In this document: positions 36,898-46,404 of the stretch, in pieces
Layout of the letters: each line of letters starts with the position of its first letter
How positions within the stretch are numbered: the first letter of the stretch is position 1
Source of the DNA: Nitrososphaerota archaeon
GTDB lineage: Archaea > Thermoproteota > Nitrososphaeria_A > Caldarchaeales > Caldarchaeaceae
Reading direction: 5' to 3'
Assembly: GCA_041641305.1 (NCBI GenBank)
Contig: JBEPYN010000001.1
Span: 352,001 to 416,000 of the forward strand
Length of the DNA: 64,000 bases
The notes under the pieces: generated by a model
What the model was told of the DNA's origin: nothing
The model's input: the letters and a program-made list of their open reading frames with translations, nothing else
The model's database searches: none
Translations under genes and position numbers: made by a program

Positions 36898-38125
36898 AAA
36901 TACGCCAGCCGGTGGATAACTCGGCTTGGGGGCCGAAGAAGGGCGCGGCAAGCTGCGAAAAGCCCCGGGTAGCCGCAAGCAGGCGTTGATCCGGGGATGC
37001 CCGAATGGGATTTCCCGGCATCCCGCGCTTCGGCGTGGGATGTCGCTCCACTGCCTCGAGCTGTGGAGCGGGAACCGGCCGAACGGAAGCATCCAAGTAG
37101 GCCGAGGAAAGGAAATCAAAACGAGACTCCCCTAGTAACGGCGAGTGAACGGGGACCAGGCCAAACCGAACCCGCATGGGAAACCATGTGGGGATGTGGG
37201 GTGTGGACCAGCCGCCCTCCTGTGCCCAGCGACCCGAAGCGACTTGGAAAGGTCCGCCATAGAGGGTGACAGCCCCGTAGGGGAAGCTGGGAGTGGAGAT
37301 GGGCTGGTTCCCGAGTACCGCACCTCGGATATGGTGCGGGAAGACAGGAGCCACTGGCTTCTAAGCCTAAGTACCTCCCAAGACCGATAGCGCAACAGTA
37401 CCGTGAGGGAAAGTTGAAAACTACCCCGAGAGGGGGGTGAAAAGCGGTTGAAACCGGCTGGTAATAGACGAGGGCGGCGCGCAAGGTACTCCGTCCGAAC
37501 ACGCCGCGTAGGTGTGGAGGGCGGATTATCCGGCGTCGTCCGCTCCGTCTTGAAACACGGGCCGGGGAGTTCACCGTCGTGGCGAGCTTAACCGCGGAAA
37601 GCGGGTAGGCATGGGGAAACCGAGAAGCCCGCAACCGACTCTTGTCGGCGAGGGGCCGGGTCCGAACAGGGCCTGTAGTCACGGCGGTGAGGCTAGAAAC
37701 CGGGCGATCTAGCCCTGGGTAGGGTGAAGCCGGGCGAAAGCTCGGTCGAGGCCCGAACGCGTCCTGACGTGCAATTCGGTGCGTTGACCTGGGGCTAGGG
37801 GCTAAAAACCAATCTAGCCCGGTGATAGCTAGTTCCCCCCGAAGTGTCTCGCAGGACAGCCTCGGCGGAGGTGGTCCGCGGGGTAGAGCACCGATGGGGT
37901 GGTAAGGGCTCGAAAGGGCCCGCCATCCTTTCGAACTCCGAATCCGCGGACGCCGTAGATGCCGGGAGTGGGGTGTGCGGGGTAAGCTCGCACGCCGAGA
38001 GGGGAACAACCCAGACCGCGGGTTAAGGCCCCAAAGTGCCCGCTAAGTGACAAACCAAAGGGCGTCTCCCTCCTAAGACAGCGGGGAGGTAGGAATAGAA
38101 GCTGCCATCCTCCAAGGAGTGCGTA

Positions 38126-38817
38126 AGTTGCGGAATCTCCGGCGAAAACTAAATTACCCGACTGCTTCTGCATCACGGTGGTGTTGGTTAACGAGGCCTA
38201 TATCGCAGGTGCTCTACGCGATGGCTACGTCGGAAGATACATCGACGTATATGGGAAGGTCCACAGCGTCGTAACACTTTACAACAATGACATCGATTGG
38301 CTAAAACGTGTGGCGGACTTGTTAAATTCCACATATGGAGTCAATGCGAGAATTTTTGTTAACCCCAATCGAACACCGTATCTTCGTGTATATTCAAAAA
38401 GACTTGTACAATATTTTGCTGAAAAATTCTGCCATCCCATAGGAAAGCAGACAAAATGGTGCACGCCTTTATTCATCAAGAACAGCGATGACCCCGAGCT
38501 TTGGAGGACCTACATCGCAGGATACTTTGATGCAGAAGGCGGAATTGATACGATTAAAAAACAGATCAAGTTTCACACATCTTTTGAGGGCTCAACATGC
38601 CCACCCCTTGTAGATATTAAACTAGCGCTCGCACGGTTCTTCGAAATCAGAACCGGAAACGTATGCATGTACCAAAACAATAGGGGAAAAATTCCCAGAT
38701 TTGTTCTACGCATACTCAAGTCGGATAATAGAAAGTTTTTCGGAACATTTCCACTACTTAACACTACAAAAATCCAAAGACTGTTGAAAATTATGCCGGA
38801 GCGTTCGCAACCGCAAG
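38126..38817 (+). mobile_element. Archaeal BHB-type rRNA intron (692 nt) after A1095 (E. coli numbering)
   Basis: Removal restores GTGCGTA^ACAGCTCAC. Central helix TGCG/CGCA, bulges TA^A and AG^A, intron stem GTTGCGGA/TTCGCAAC plus CTCCGGC/GCCGGAG. Confidence 0.92.
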
Positions 38818-38855
38818 ACAGCTCACCCGCCGAGGAGGGGGGCCCCGAAAATTGA
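38178..38855 (+). CDS. LAGLIDADG homing endonuclease (two motifs) of the BHB intron; stop lies in exon 2
   Basis: YIAGALRDG and YIAGYFDAEG; AT-richer than the flanking rRNA. Confidence 0.9.
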   Translation: MVLVNEAYIAGALRDGYVGRYIDVYGKVHSVVTLYNNDIDWLKRVADLLNSTYGVNARIFVNPNRTPYLRVYSKRLVQYFAEKFCHPIGKQTKWCTPLFIKNSDDPELWRTYIAGYFDAEGGIDTIKKQIKFHTSFEGSTCPPLVDIKLALARFFEIRTGNVCMYQNNRGKIPRFVLRILKSDNRKFFGTFPLLNTTKIQRLLKIMPERSQPQDSSPAEEGGPEN

Positions 38856-39339
38856 CGGGTCTAAGCGGGCCGCCGAAACCCGGGTTCACCCAGTTGTTGC
38901 TGGGTGGAGGTAGGGGGGCGTGGCGGTTGGGTGGAAGCAGGGCCGTGAGGTCCTGTGGACCGGCCGCCAATGTAGATCCCGGTGGTAGTAACAGCGGAGC
39001 GGGGTGAGAATCCCCGCCGCCGAAGGGGCAAGGGTCTCCCGGCAACGCGTCGTCGGCCGGGAGTAAGCCGGTCCTAAGCCCGACCTTAACCGGGTAGGGC
39101 GAAAGGGAAACCGGTTAATATTCCGGTGCCTCCGGAGTACGTGCGGCGACGCAAGGCCGGTGTCCGACGCTTCGGGGTAGGCTGAGCGGGGCCGTAGCCC
39201 CGTCTAAACGCATAAGCCTGGGGAGTGGCGTAAAGCCGAGAACCAGGTGAAAACGTGAACGGCCGCCCGTATGGGCGGTTCAGCTGATCCCTGGAGCCCA
39301 TGAAAAGGACACCGGCAAGGATCTCCGGAGACCGTGCCA

Positions 39340-39386
<47 letters not shown>

Positions 39387-39408
39387 TCACTCCAGGGCGA
39401 GGGAACTC

Positions 39409-39441
<33 letters not shown>

Positions 39442-39635
39442 TGCCTGAGGCCTTGGCCGCGAGGCTGGGGCCTTAGGTCGCAGTGACTAGGGGGTCCTGA
39501 CAGTTTAATAAAAACCTAGGTAGCCGCGAGACCGAAAGGTTTTGAACGGCTATTGAATCCTGGCCAGTGCGGGTACTCGAAAACCGGGTTCAACCGGCAT
39601 AAGGGCCCGTAAACGCCGGGAGTAACTCTGACTCT

Positions 39636-40772
39636 CGAGCTAAAAGGGAGTCGTTAAACCCGGCTATATGCGGGGAATTCCAGAACCCTTAACTACCTTA
39701 AAAGGTAACAATGTTGAGGGTTATGAGGAAGACCCGCAGGAAACCCCTGCCAACGTGGTCGCCATGCTCACCGAATTCTCCGACATAATTGATCCAAAAG
39801 ATCTTCCGAACAAGCTAAGCCAACTCAAGTGGCATATAACGGGGTTCGTCGACGGCGACGGGAGCTTTCCAATCATTCTCTCTCCAGAGGAGACAAAGAA
39901 ATTCGGCTGGTTGATACAGCCACGCTTCGAGTTGGAGCTGAGAAGCGGCGAAGACTCCGAGACGATGCTCAGAGTGGTTTGCAGAGCAGTGGGGATTAAG
40001 CCGAAAATATTGACGAGCGAAAACTACGTCAAACTAATCGTCACAAACAGGAGACTCCTCCTGGAAAAAGTGGTGCCATTCTTCGAGAAATACAGGCCCG
40101 TAATCAAATGGCGCGACTTCAAGACGATGAGCGAGGTTGCGAAAGACCTACACCAGAAAAAGCATCTAACATATGAGGGCTTCAAGGAGATCATCCGAAA
40201 AATTTACTCGCTACCAATGAATGGCGAGTCGCGGAGAAAGTGGAGGTTCAGCGACATCATACAGGATGAGGAGCCTCCTCAACACGTGGAGAAAAAAGAA
40301 GAACATAGATTTCCCAGGGGACTTGTTCCACTGAAACACTACGTCGCCGGCTTCATAGACGCCGAAGGCTCGTTGGGATTCGTCATAAACAAGGAGACCA
40401 AGTCGATAACACCGTATCTAACAATAACCAGCTCCGAGACAGTTGTGCTACAGAAAATAAGATGGCTTCTGGGATGCGGAGAAATCAGCACAGGAAGGCT
40501 CCAAATCTACGGCGTCGACAACTTCGTCAACAGTGTTGCACCGTTTCTCGACAGACAAAAGCTCATAGCGAAAAGGACAACATACAAGATGTTTAAGCAG
40601 ATTCTTGAGACGGTGGTCAGAGGCGACCACAAAAGAAACTGGGAAGAAACCGTAGCGTTCGTCAAAATGTTGAATAAAAAGGCAGGGGGATCCTCAGAGA
40701 CCATACGCCGGGCGTCCTCATCGAAGACTGGGGGCGAAGATATGGTCCAGCACCCGTAAACCCTGGGTGTTG
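39636..40772 (+). mobile_element. Group I intron (1137 nt) at LSU position 1923
   Basis: Removal restores GACTCT^CTTAAGGTAGCC. 5' exon ends in U, intron ends in G. IGS GGGAGTC, P3 CCCGGC/GCCGGG, P4 TGCGGG/CCCGCA, R TCAGAGACCAT, S AAGATATGGTC. Confidence 0.93.
39764..40759 (+). CDS. LAGLIDADG homing endonuclease (two motifs) in the P6 loop of the group I intron
   Basis: HITGFVDGDGSF and YVAGFIDAEGSL. Frame is open from ATG 39668; ATG 39764 is the first ATG inside the loop. Confidence 0.92.
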   Translation: MLTEFSDIIDPKDLPNKLSQLKWHITGFVDGDGSFPIILSPEETKKFGWLIQPRFELELRSGEDSETMLRVVCRAVGIKPKILTSENYVKLIVTNRRLLLEKVVPFFEKYRPVIKWRDFKTMSEVAKDLHQKKHLTYEGFKEIIRKIYSLPMNGESRRKWRFSDIIQDEEPPQHVEKKEEHRFPRGLVPLKHYVAGFIDAEGSLGFVINKETKSITPYLTITSSETVVLQKIRWLLGCGEISTGRLQIYGVDNFVNSVAPFLDRQKLIAKRTTYKMFKQILETVVRGDHKRNWEETVAFVKMLNKKAGGSSETIRRASSSKTGGEDMVQHP

Positions 40773-41412
40773 CTTAAGGTAGCCAAATGCCTTGTCGGGT
40801 AAGTTCCGACGTGCATGAATGGATCAACGAGGGCCCCGCTGTCCCCGCCTGGAGCCCCGTGAACCCACGTAACGTGGGCGAACAGTCCACGAACTCCCAA
40901 CGGGGAAAGAAGACCCTGTGGAGCTTTACTGCAGCCTGTCGCTGGGATGTGGACGAGTGTGCAGAGCGTAGCCGGGAGCCGTCGATCCCCGTCTCTCCGG
41001 GGGCGGGGGGAGGCGCCCATGTAACACCGGCCACGCTTGTCTGCATCTCTCACCGGCGCGGAAGCGCTGGAACAACGGCAGGTGGGCAGTTTGGCTGGGG
41101 CGGCACCCCCTTGAAAAGATATCGAGGGGGCCCAAAGGTCGGCTTAGGCGGGACAGAAACCCGCCGTGAAGTGCAAGGGCAAAAGCCGGCTTGACAGGGC
41201 CCTTGAAAGCCAGGGGCCCTGAGGGGAAACCCAGGCCTAGCGATCCATCGGCTCCTACCAGTGGGGGCCGGTGGTGACAGAAAAGTTACCCCAGGGATAA
41301 CAGGCTCGTCGCGGGCGAGAGTCCCCATCGACCCCGCGGCTTGGTACCTCGATGTCGGCTCTTCCCAACCTGGCCGTGCAGAAGCGGCCAAGGGTGCGGC
41401 TGTTCGCCGATC

Positions 41413-41452
<40 letters not shown>

Positions 41453-41772
41453 ATCGGATTTTACCTGTTGGGAGTGCTGGCTGCCTGAGGGGAAGGTGTT
41501 CCCAGTACGAGAGGAACGGAGCGCCGGGGCCAACGGTGTACCGGTTGTCCTACAGGGCAGTGCCGGGCAGCTGCGCCCCCGCGGATAAGGGCTGAAAGCA
41601 TCTAAGCCCGAAGCCGCTCCCGAAAACAGGCAGCCACTCGCCGGGTAAGGGCTCGGCAACGGGCCTATACCGGCGACGAGGGCTCCCGTAGAAGACGGGT
41701 TTGATGGGGCGGGGGTGTACGGATGGAGGCTTCGGCCGGACATCCTCAGCCCGCCGCTCCCAACCGCCCGAG

Positions 41773-41807
41773 TGGCCTAAGGAAGCCGTCCAGGCGAAAA
41801 CGCATCC
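41773..41807 (+). other. 3' arm of the 23S pre-rRNA processing stem (BHB)
   Basis: TGGCCTAAGG-AA-GCCGTCCA-GGCG-AAA-ACGCATCC. Confidence 0.9.
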
Positions 41808-41859
41808 CACCCTACTTGGACGCGTAACACTTTATACCGCCTTATCTCATGGTTCCGAC

Positions 41860-43203
41860 ATGTTTATCGTCAGAGGACGGTTTGTAGTTACTGTAGATGA
41901 TTTTAACCGTGTTTTAAGGGACGGGGCAGTGGTTGTGGAAGACAATAGGATAGTCGATGTCGGGTATTTTGGAGACCTTAAGAAGAAACACCGCTGCGAC
42001 ACTGTTATCGGAGATGAGTGGAAAATAGTTTTGCCGGGTCTCGTGAACTGCCATTACCACTCTCGTGAGCAGCTTTCTCAAACCATGTTTCCAGACGGGC
42101 ACGGCGAAACAACATGGTTCAACAACTATTGTCTACCCTATCACGCCGCCTTGACCCCCGAGGAGGAGAAGACTGCTTTCAAGCTTGCTCTCTACGCGAT
42201 GGCTTTGAACGGTGTGACAACATTCGCCGACGGAGGATTGCTCTACCCCTCGTCATCCCTCGAAACGTTGAACGAGGTCCCTCTCCGCTGTCTCACATCA
42301 ACATGGTGCTGGGACAGGGCTGACATCATTCCCAAGACAACCGACGAGGCTTTCAAGGAGCTAACACATTTGCATCATGAGCTCAACGGAGGATATGGAG
42401 GCCGCCTCTCCATATGCGCCACACCTATCAGCGTAACCACATGCAGCGAAAACCTGCTTCGACAGGTGGTGGAGTGGGCTCGGGAAAATGGTGTGAAAAC
42501 ATTCATACATGTTTCGTCGTTCAGGGAAGAGGTTGAGAAAACTTTGTCAAGCTGGGGCGTTACCCCTGTGCAGTATCTATCTGAACATGGTCTTCTCAAC
42601 CGGGATGTTAACATTCTTCACGGCATTCATCTGAGCATGGATGATGTTGAGCGGCTTGTTGCCTCGGGGGCTGGTGTTGTTTCCTGCCCCTATTCTTCGC
42701 TCAAGAAGGGGAAGGGCCTCAGTGTTAGTGGCGTGTTTCCCGAGCTGCTTGAGAGAGGCGTGCGTGTTGGGCTGGGTGGTGACGGGGCGCCCTCCGCTCA
42801 ACACGTAGACATGTTGAGGACCTTGTCTCTTTTCACAGGGCTTTGCAGAGACATGAGAATGAATGCCTCGCTGCCACTTGCAAAAGACGCTGTCAGAGCT
42901 GTTACGTCGACAGCCGCAGACCTTCTCGGACTCGGAAACCAAATTGGCTCGCTGGAAAAAGGAAAGAAAGCAGACATCATTCTCCTCGACATGCGTGGCC
43001 CCGACTTCACCCCCCTACGCGACGTGTTCCAGGCCCTGGTCTTCTCCGCTACCGGTGCCGCCGTTGACACGGTTATTGTGGACGGGAGAGTTGTCGTCGA
43101 AGGGAGAAAAGTCAAGGGAGTGGATGCCGAGAAGCTGGTTAAAGAGTCTGAGATAGCTGCTGAAAATGTTGCGGAGAGGCTTGGTCTTCAGAGGCCTATG
43201 TAG
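41860..43203 (+). CDS. Metal-dependent amidohydrolase (SsnA / 5'-deoxyadenosine deaminase-like)
   Basis: PGLVNCHYH, H...E, HGIH, G.DG, GSLEKGKKAD; ATG 41860 with TTTATA at 41831. Confidence 0.88.
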   Translation: MFIVRGRFVVTVDDFNRVLRDGAVVVEDNRIVDVGYFGDLKKKHRCDTVIGDEWKIVLPGLVNCHYHSREQLSQTMFPDGHGETTWFNNYCLPYHAALTPEEEKTAFKLALYAMALNGVTTFADGGLLYPSSSLETLNEVPLRCLTSTWCWDRADIIPKTTDEAFKELTHLHHELNGGYGGRLSICATPISVTTCSENLLRQVVEWARENGVKTFIHVSSFREEVEKTLSSWGVTPVQYLSEHGLLNRDVNILHGIHLSMDDVERLVASGAGVVSCPYSSLKKGKGLSVSGVFPELLERGVRVGLGGDGAPSAQHVDMLRTLSLFTGLCRDMRMNASLPLAKDAVRAVTSTAADLLGLGNQIGSLEKGKKADIILLDMRGPDFTPLRDVFQALVFSATGAAVDTVIVDGRVVVEGRKVKGVDAEKLVKESEIAAENVAERLGLQRPM

Positions 43204-43904
43204 CTCTCTCTTATCTTCGGCGAGTTGAGTAGCCCGGTGCCGGATCCTTCAAGGGCTATTCTTCCTCCCTCCATGACGTAGGCTCTGTCGGCTGTTTGTA
43301 GAGCGAGAGCGGCGTCCTGCTCCACCACTAGGATGGCGATACCCTGCCTCTCCCTGATCTCTCTAACCTTCTCAAAAACGGCTATACGTGCTATGGGAGC
43401 CAGCCCCACACTAGGCTCGTCGAGAAGAAGAATCCGGGGCCTCGCCATCAAGGCCCGGGCAAGCGCAACCATCTGCTGCTCACCACCGCTGAGAGTGCCC
43501 GCAAGCTGTTTCCGCCTCTTCTCGACGATGGGGAAAAGCTCAGACACCATTTCATAATCCTTCATGATTTCTTCTCTATCTTTTCGTCTGTAGGCGCCCG
43601 CCATCACATTCTCATACACAGTCATGTCGGGGAAAAGCCGTCTTCTCTCCAGTGATAAAACAAGGCCTTTGACGACGCGGTCATAAGGCGGAAGCCGTGT
43701 TACGTCCTCGCCGTTGAGCAGTGTCTTGCCTGATTTGACGGTTGCAAGCCCGGCCAGCGCAAGCATGAGCGTCGTCTTTCCGGCGCCGTTAGGCCCAATA
43801 ACGGCCACTATCTCCTTCTCATGAACCTCGATGTTGATGTTCTCGATGATTGTCACAGGGCCGTAGCCCGCGGTCAGATCCACAGCCTCAAGCATTTTCC
43901 CCAA
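43188..43904 (-). CDS. livF: Branched-chain amino acid ABC ATP-binding subunit
   Basis: GPNGAGKT, AGTLSGGEQQM, DEPS.GLAP, VEQ. Confidence 0.92.
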   Translation of the reverse strand: MGKMLEAVDLTAGYGPVTIIENINIEVHEKEIVAVIGPNGAGKTTLMLALAGLATVKSGKTLLNGEDVTRLPPYDRVVKGLVLSLERRRLFPDMTVYENVMAGAYRRKDREEIMKDYEMVSELFPIVEKRRKQLAGTLSGGEQQMVALARALMARPRILLLDEPSVGLAPIARIAVFEKVREIRERQGIAILVVEQDAALALQTADRAYVMEGGRIALEGSGTGLLNSPKIRESYIGL

Positions 43905-44621
43905 TCAAATCACCGTGCCGGTTCCCAGATACGCTTTTATGACTGCCTCGCTCTTAGCAACATCGGCAGGCGCACCCTCGAAAATCAGCTTACCCTGGTC
44001 CATCACCAGAGCCCGTTGAATAAGCTTCATCAACTCACGCAGCCTATGCTCAATAATCACAAGCGTACCTCCCTCTTCATAATACTCTCTTAGCACAGAG
44101 GTGACTTCCCCTATTTCTGCGACAGTCAAGCCGCCGAAGGGTTCGTCAAGCATGAGGATGCGGGGCTTAGCTATAAGGCCTCTCGCTACTTCGAGCTTCT
44201 TCATTTCTCCATGTGTGAGATAAGCTGCGGGGATGTTTCTTTTTTGAATCAGACCGAGTTTTTTGAGAAGCTGAATGGCCTCCTCCTGGTTGAAGTGGAT
44301 TTTTCTAACGGTGAGAGGCGCGTGGAGGTTTTGTTCAACTGTGAGAGATTTGAAGGGCCTGACTATCTGGAAGGTTCTGACGAGCCCTTTGAGGGCGCGG
44401 TGATATGGTTTTGTGTTGGTGATGTCTTCGCCGTTTAGGTAGATTTTTCCCGAGTCAGGTTTCTCCGTCCCCGAGATGAGTGAGAAAAGCGTTGTTTTGC
44501 CGGCGCCGTTGGGCCCAATGATTCCAAGTATCTCGTTTTTTTGGAGAGTGAAGGAGACGTTGTCGACGGCGACTATTCCGCCGAAGCGTTTAATCAGTTG
44601 CTCAGCCCGCAGTATCTCCAT
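43905..44621 (-). CDS. livG: Branched-chain amino acid ABC ATP-binding subunit
   Basis: FGGIVAV, GPNGAGKT, RTFQ, IEH, AYLG. Confidence 0.92.
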   Translation of the reverse strand: MEILRAEQLIKRFGGIVAVDNVSFTLQKNEILGIIGPNGAGKTTLFSLISGTEKPDSGKIYLNGEDITNTKPYHRALKGLVRTFQIVRPFKSLTVEQNLHAPLTVRKIHFNQEEAIQLLKKLGLIQKRNIPAAYLTHGEMKKLEVARGLIAKPRILMLDEPFGGLTVAEIGEVTSVLREYYEEGGTLVIIEHRLRELMKLIQRALVMDQGKLIFEGAPADVAKSEAVIKAYLGTGTVI

Positions 44622-45540
44622 AAACCTTCCTCCTCAGAAAACCGACTATTCCGCTGGGGAAAATCATGAAGATAAGTAAGGCTAGAGCCGAGTATATCAG
44701 GAGACGTGCTCTAACCAATACTTCTATCTTCAGCGTCTCTATCAGTATCTCGATTATGTAGGCCCCGACGACTGGGCCGAGTATGGTTGCTCTTCCCCCG
44801 AGCAGCGTCATTAACAGGGGTAGGCTGGCTTTCTCGAGCTCATAGGTGGCTGGGCTAATGACTCCGTTGAGATAGGCGTAGAAAGCGCCGGCGACACCTG
44901 CTATGAAGATGCTGATGGCTAGGCCGAGAAGCTTGTAGCGTGGAACATCTATTCCCGCGGCTTTCGCAGCTATTTCATCATCCTTTATGCATGTGAAGAT
45001 TATTCCGAGACGGCTTCTCATGACGAGGTAGCTGACCATCACGCTTCCAGCCATGGCGGCCAAGCTCGCGAGGTAGAATGCTTCAGCGCTCTGGAAGAGA
45101 GACGGTATTCCGAAGATGCCGTCATGTCCACCTAGCTGGGGGATGGCGTTGGTCACCTGATAAGCTATAATGGGAATTATTAGTGTGACGAGCGCGAAGA
45201 AGTGGCCTCGTAGCTTGAGGCTCGGCAAACCAATCAAGCTTCCTAGACCCGTGATGACCAAGGCCCCGAGAAAAACAGCGGCCACAGGAGGCACACCGTA
45301 GGAGATGCTCAAAATGGCTGCGGCGTATCCTCCTCCAGCGAAGAAAAACGAGTGGCCGAGGCTGAGCAGCCCCATGTAGCCTGAGAGGAGGTTCCAGCTG
45401 ACCGCGAGCATGGCGAATATGTTGGTTAGCGTGAGGATGAATATGATGAATCGCAAGTTCAGCGCTATTGGCAATACCGCCATCGCCGCTAAGACCGCGA
45501 GCAAGGTTACCACAAAAATTTTGTCGAGCCTTTTCATCAT
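44602..45540 (-). CDS. livM: Branched-chain amino acid ABC permease
   Basis: SWNLL.GY.G..SLGH, LRG.FFAL.T, IKDDE.AA; start ATG 45540. Confidence 0.9.
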   Translation of the reverse strand: MMKRLDKIFVVTLLAVLAAMAVLPIALNLRFIIFILTLTNIFAMLAVSWNLLSGYMGLLSLGHSFFFAGGGYAAAILSISYGVPPVAAVFLGALVITGLGSLIGLPSLKLRGHFFALVTLIIPIIAYQVTNAIPQLGGHDGIFGIPSLFQSAEAFYLASLAAMAGSVMVSYLVMRSRLGIIFTCIKDDEIAAKAAGIDVPRYKLLGLAISIFIAGVAGAFYAYLNGVISPATYELEKASLPLLMTLLGGRATILGPVVGAYIIEILIETLKIEVLVRARLLIYSALALLIFMIFPSGIVGFLRRKVYGDTAG

Positions 45541-46403
45541 TCTACACTTCTGCCAAATATTCCTTTTGGCCTCAGCCACAGAGTCAACAGCACGGTGATG
45601 AGCGACGCCGCTCCCGAGTAAAGCGGGCTTACGAGGTTCTGGACAGCTATCTCCACATAACCTATGACGAAGGCTGCGAGAAGAGTTCCACGGTAGTCGC
45701 CAAGGCCTCCGAGCACGACGATGGCGAAGGCTAGGGTGAGCATGGGCCATCCGAGAACTGGTGTGATGGTGCTCTGTGGTGTGACCAACAGGCTTGCGAG
45801 TCCTGCTAAAGCCGTTGAGAGGCCGAGGACAAGGGCCATGGTTCTTTCGGGTCTTATTCCCACGCAGACAGCAGCGTCAAGATCCTGAGCAACGCTCCGT
45901 ATCGCCAGCCCAACCTTGGTTCTGTAGATAAGTAGCCAGAGGAGAATGAGCAGCGTCGATGCGGCAATAGCCGCGGCCAGCTGCTGGTTGAATACAGAGA
46001 CTCCGAAAACCAACGTCGACCCGGGCAGAACCACGGGCGTCGACCACGGAAAGTTGGTGAAGAGAAGAACTATCAGGTTTTGGATGACCAAGGCGATGAG
46101 GAAAGTGGTCATAATCATTTCTATGTGGTCCTTTATTCTGCGCAGCACAGCCCAATAATAGACGAACCCCGCTGCGAAAAGAGCCGCGATCGTTGCGAAA
46201 AAAGTCACCAAAGAAGGAATATTGTATACCGTTACGAGGGCGAAGGACATGTACGCGGCTGCCGTGTACCACATGCCGTAGGCGGCGTCAATCATCCGGG
46301 CCACACCAAAAATAAGGGAGAAGCCCTCCGCGAAGAGGGCGTAGACGAGGCTGGTTATGAATCCGTAGACCAGTACTGTCGCCGCGGCCTCTGAGGTTAT
46401 CAT
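45537..46403 (-). CDS. livH: Branched-chain amino acid ABC permease
   Basis: YAL.A.G.SLIFG, T..G.AIR.VAQD, VVLGGLG. Confidence 0.9.
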   Translation of the reverse strand: MITSEAAATVLVYGFITSLVYALFAEGFSLIFGVARMIDAAYGMWYTAAAYMSFALVTVYNIPSLVTFFATIAALFAAGFVYYWAVLRRIKDHIEMIMTTFLIALVIQNLIVLLFTNFPWSTPVVLPGSTLVFGVSVFNQQLAAAIAASTLLILLWLLIYRTKVGLAIRSVAQDLDAAVCVGIRPERTMALVLGLSTALAGLASLLVTPQSTITPVLGWPMLTLAFAIVVLGGLGDYRGTLLAAFVIGYVEIAVQNLVSPLYSGAASLITVLLTLWLRPKGIFGRSVE

Positions 46404-46404
46404 G

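Noticed and set aside
39636-40772. Second intron interpreted as another BHB intron
   Set aside because: Its ends do not pair into a BHB stem, while the P1, P3, P4, P7 and terminal-G group I hallmarks are all present.
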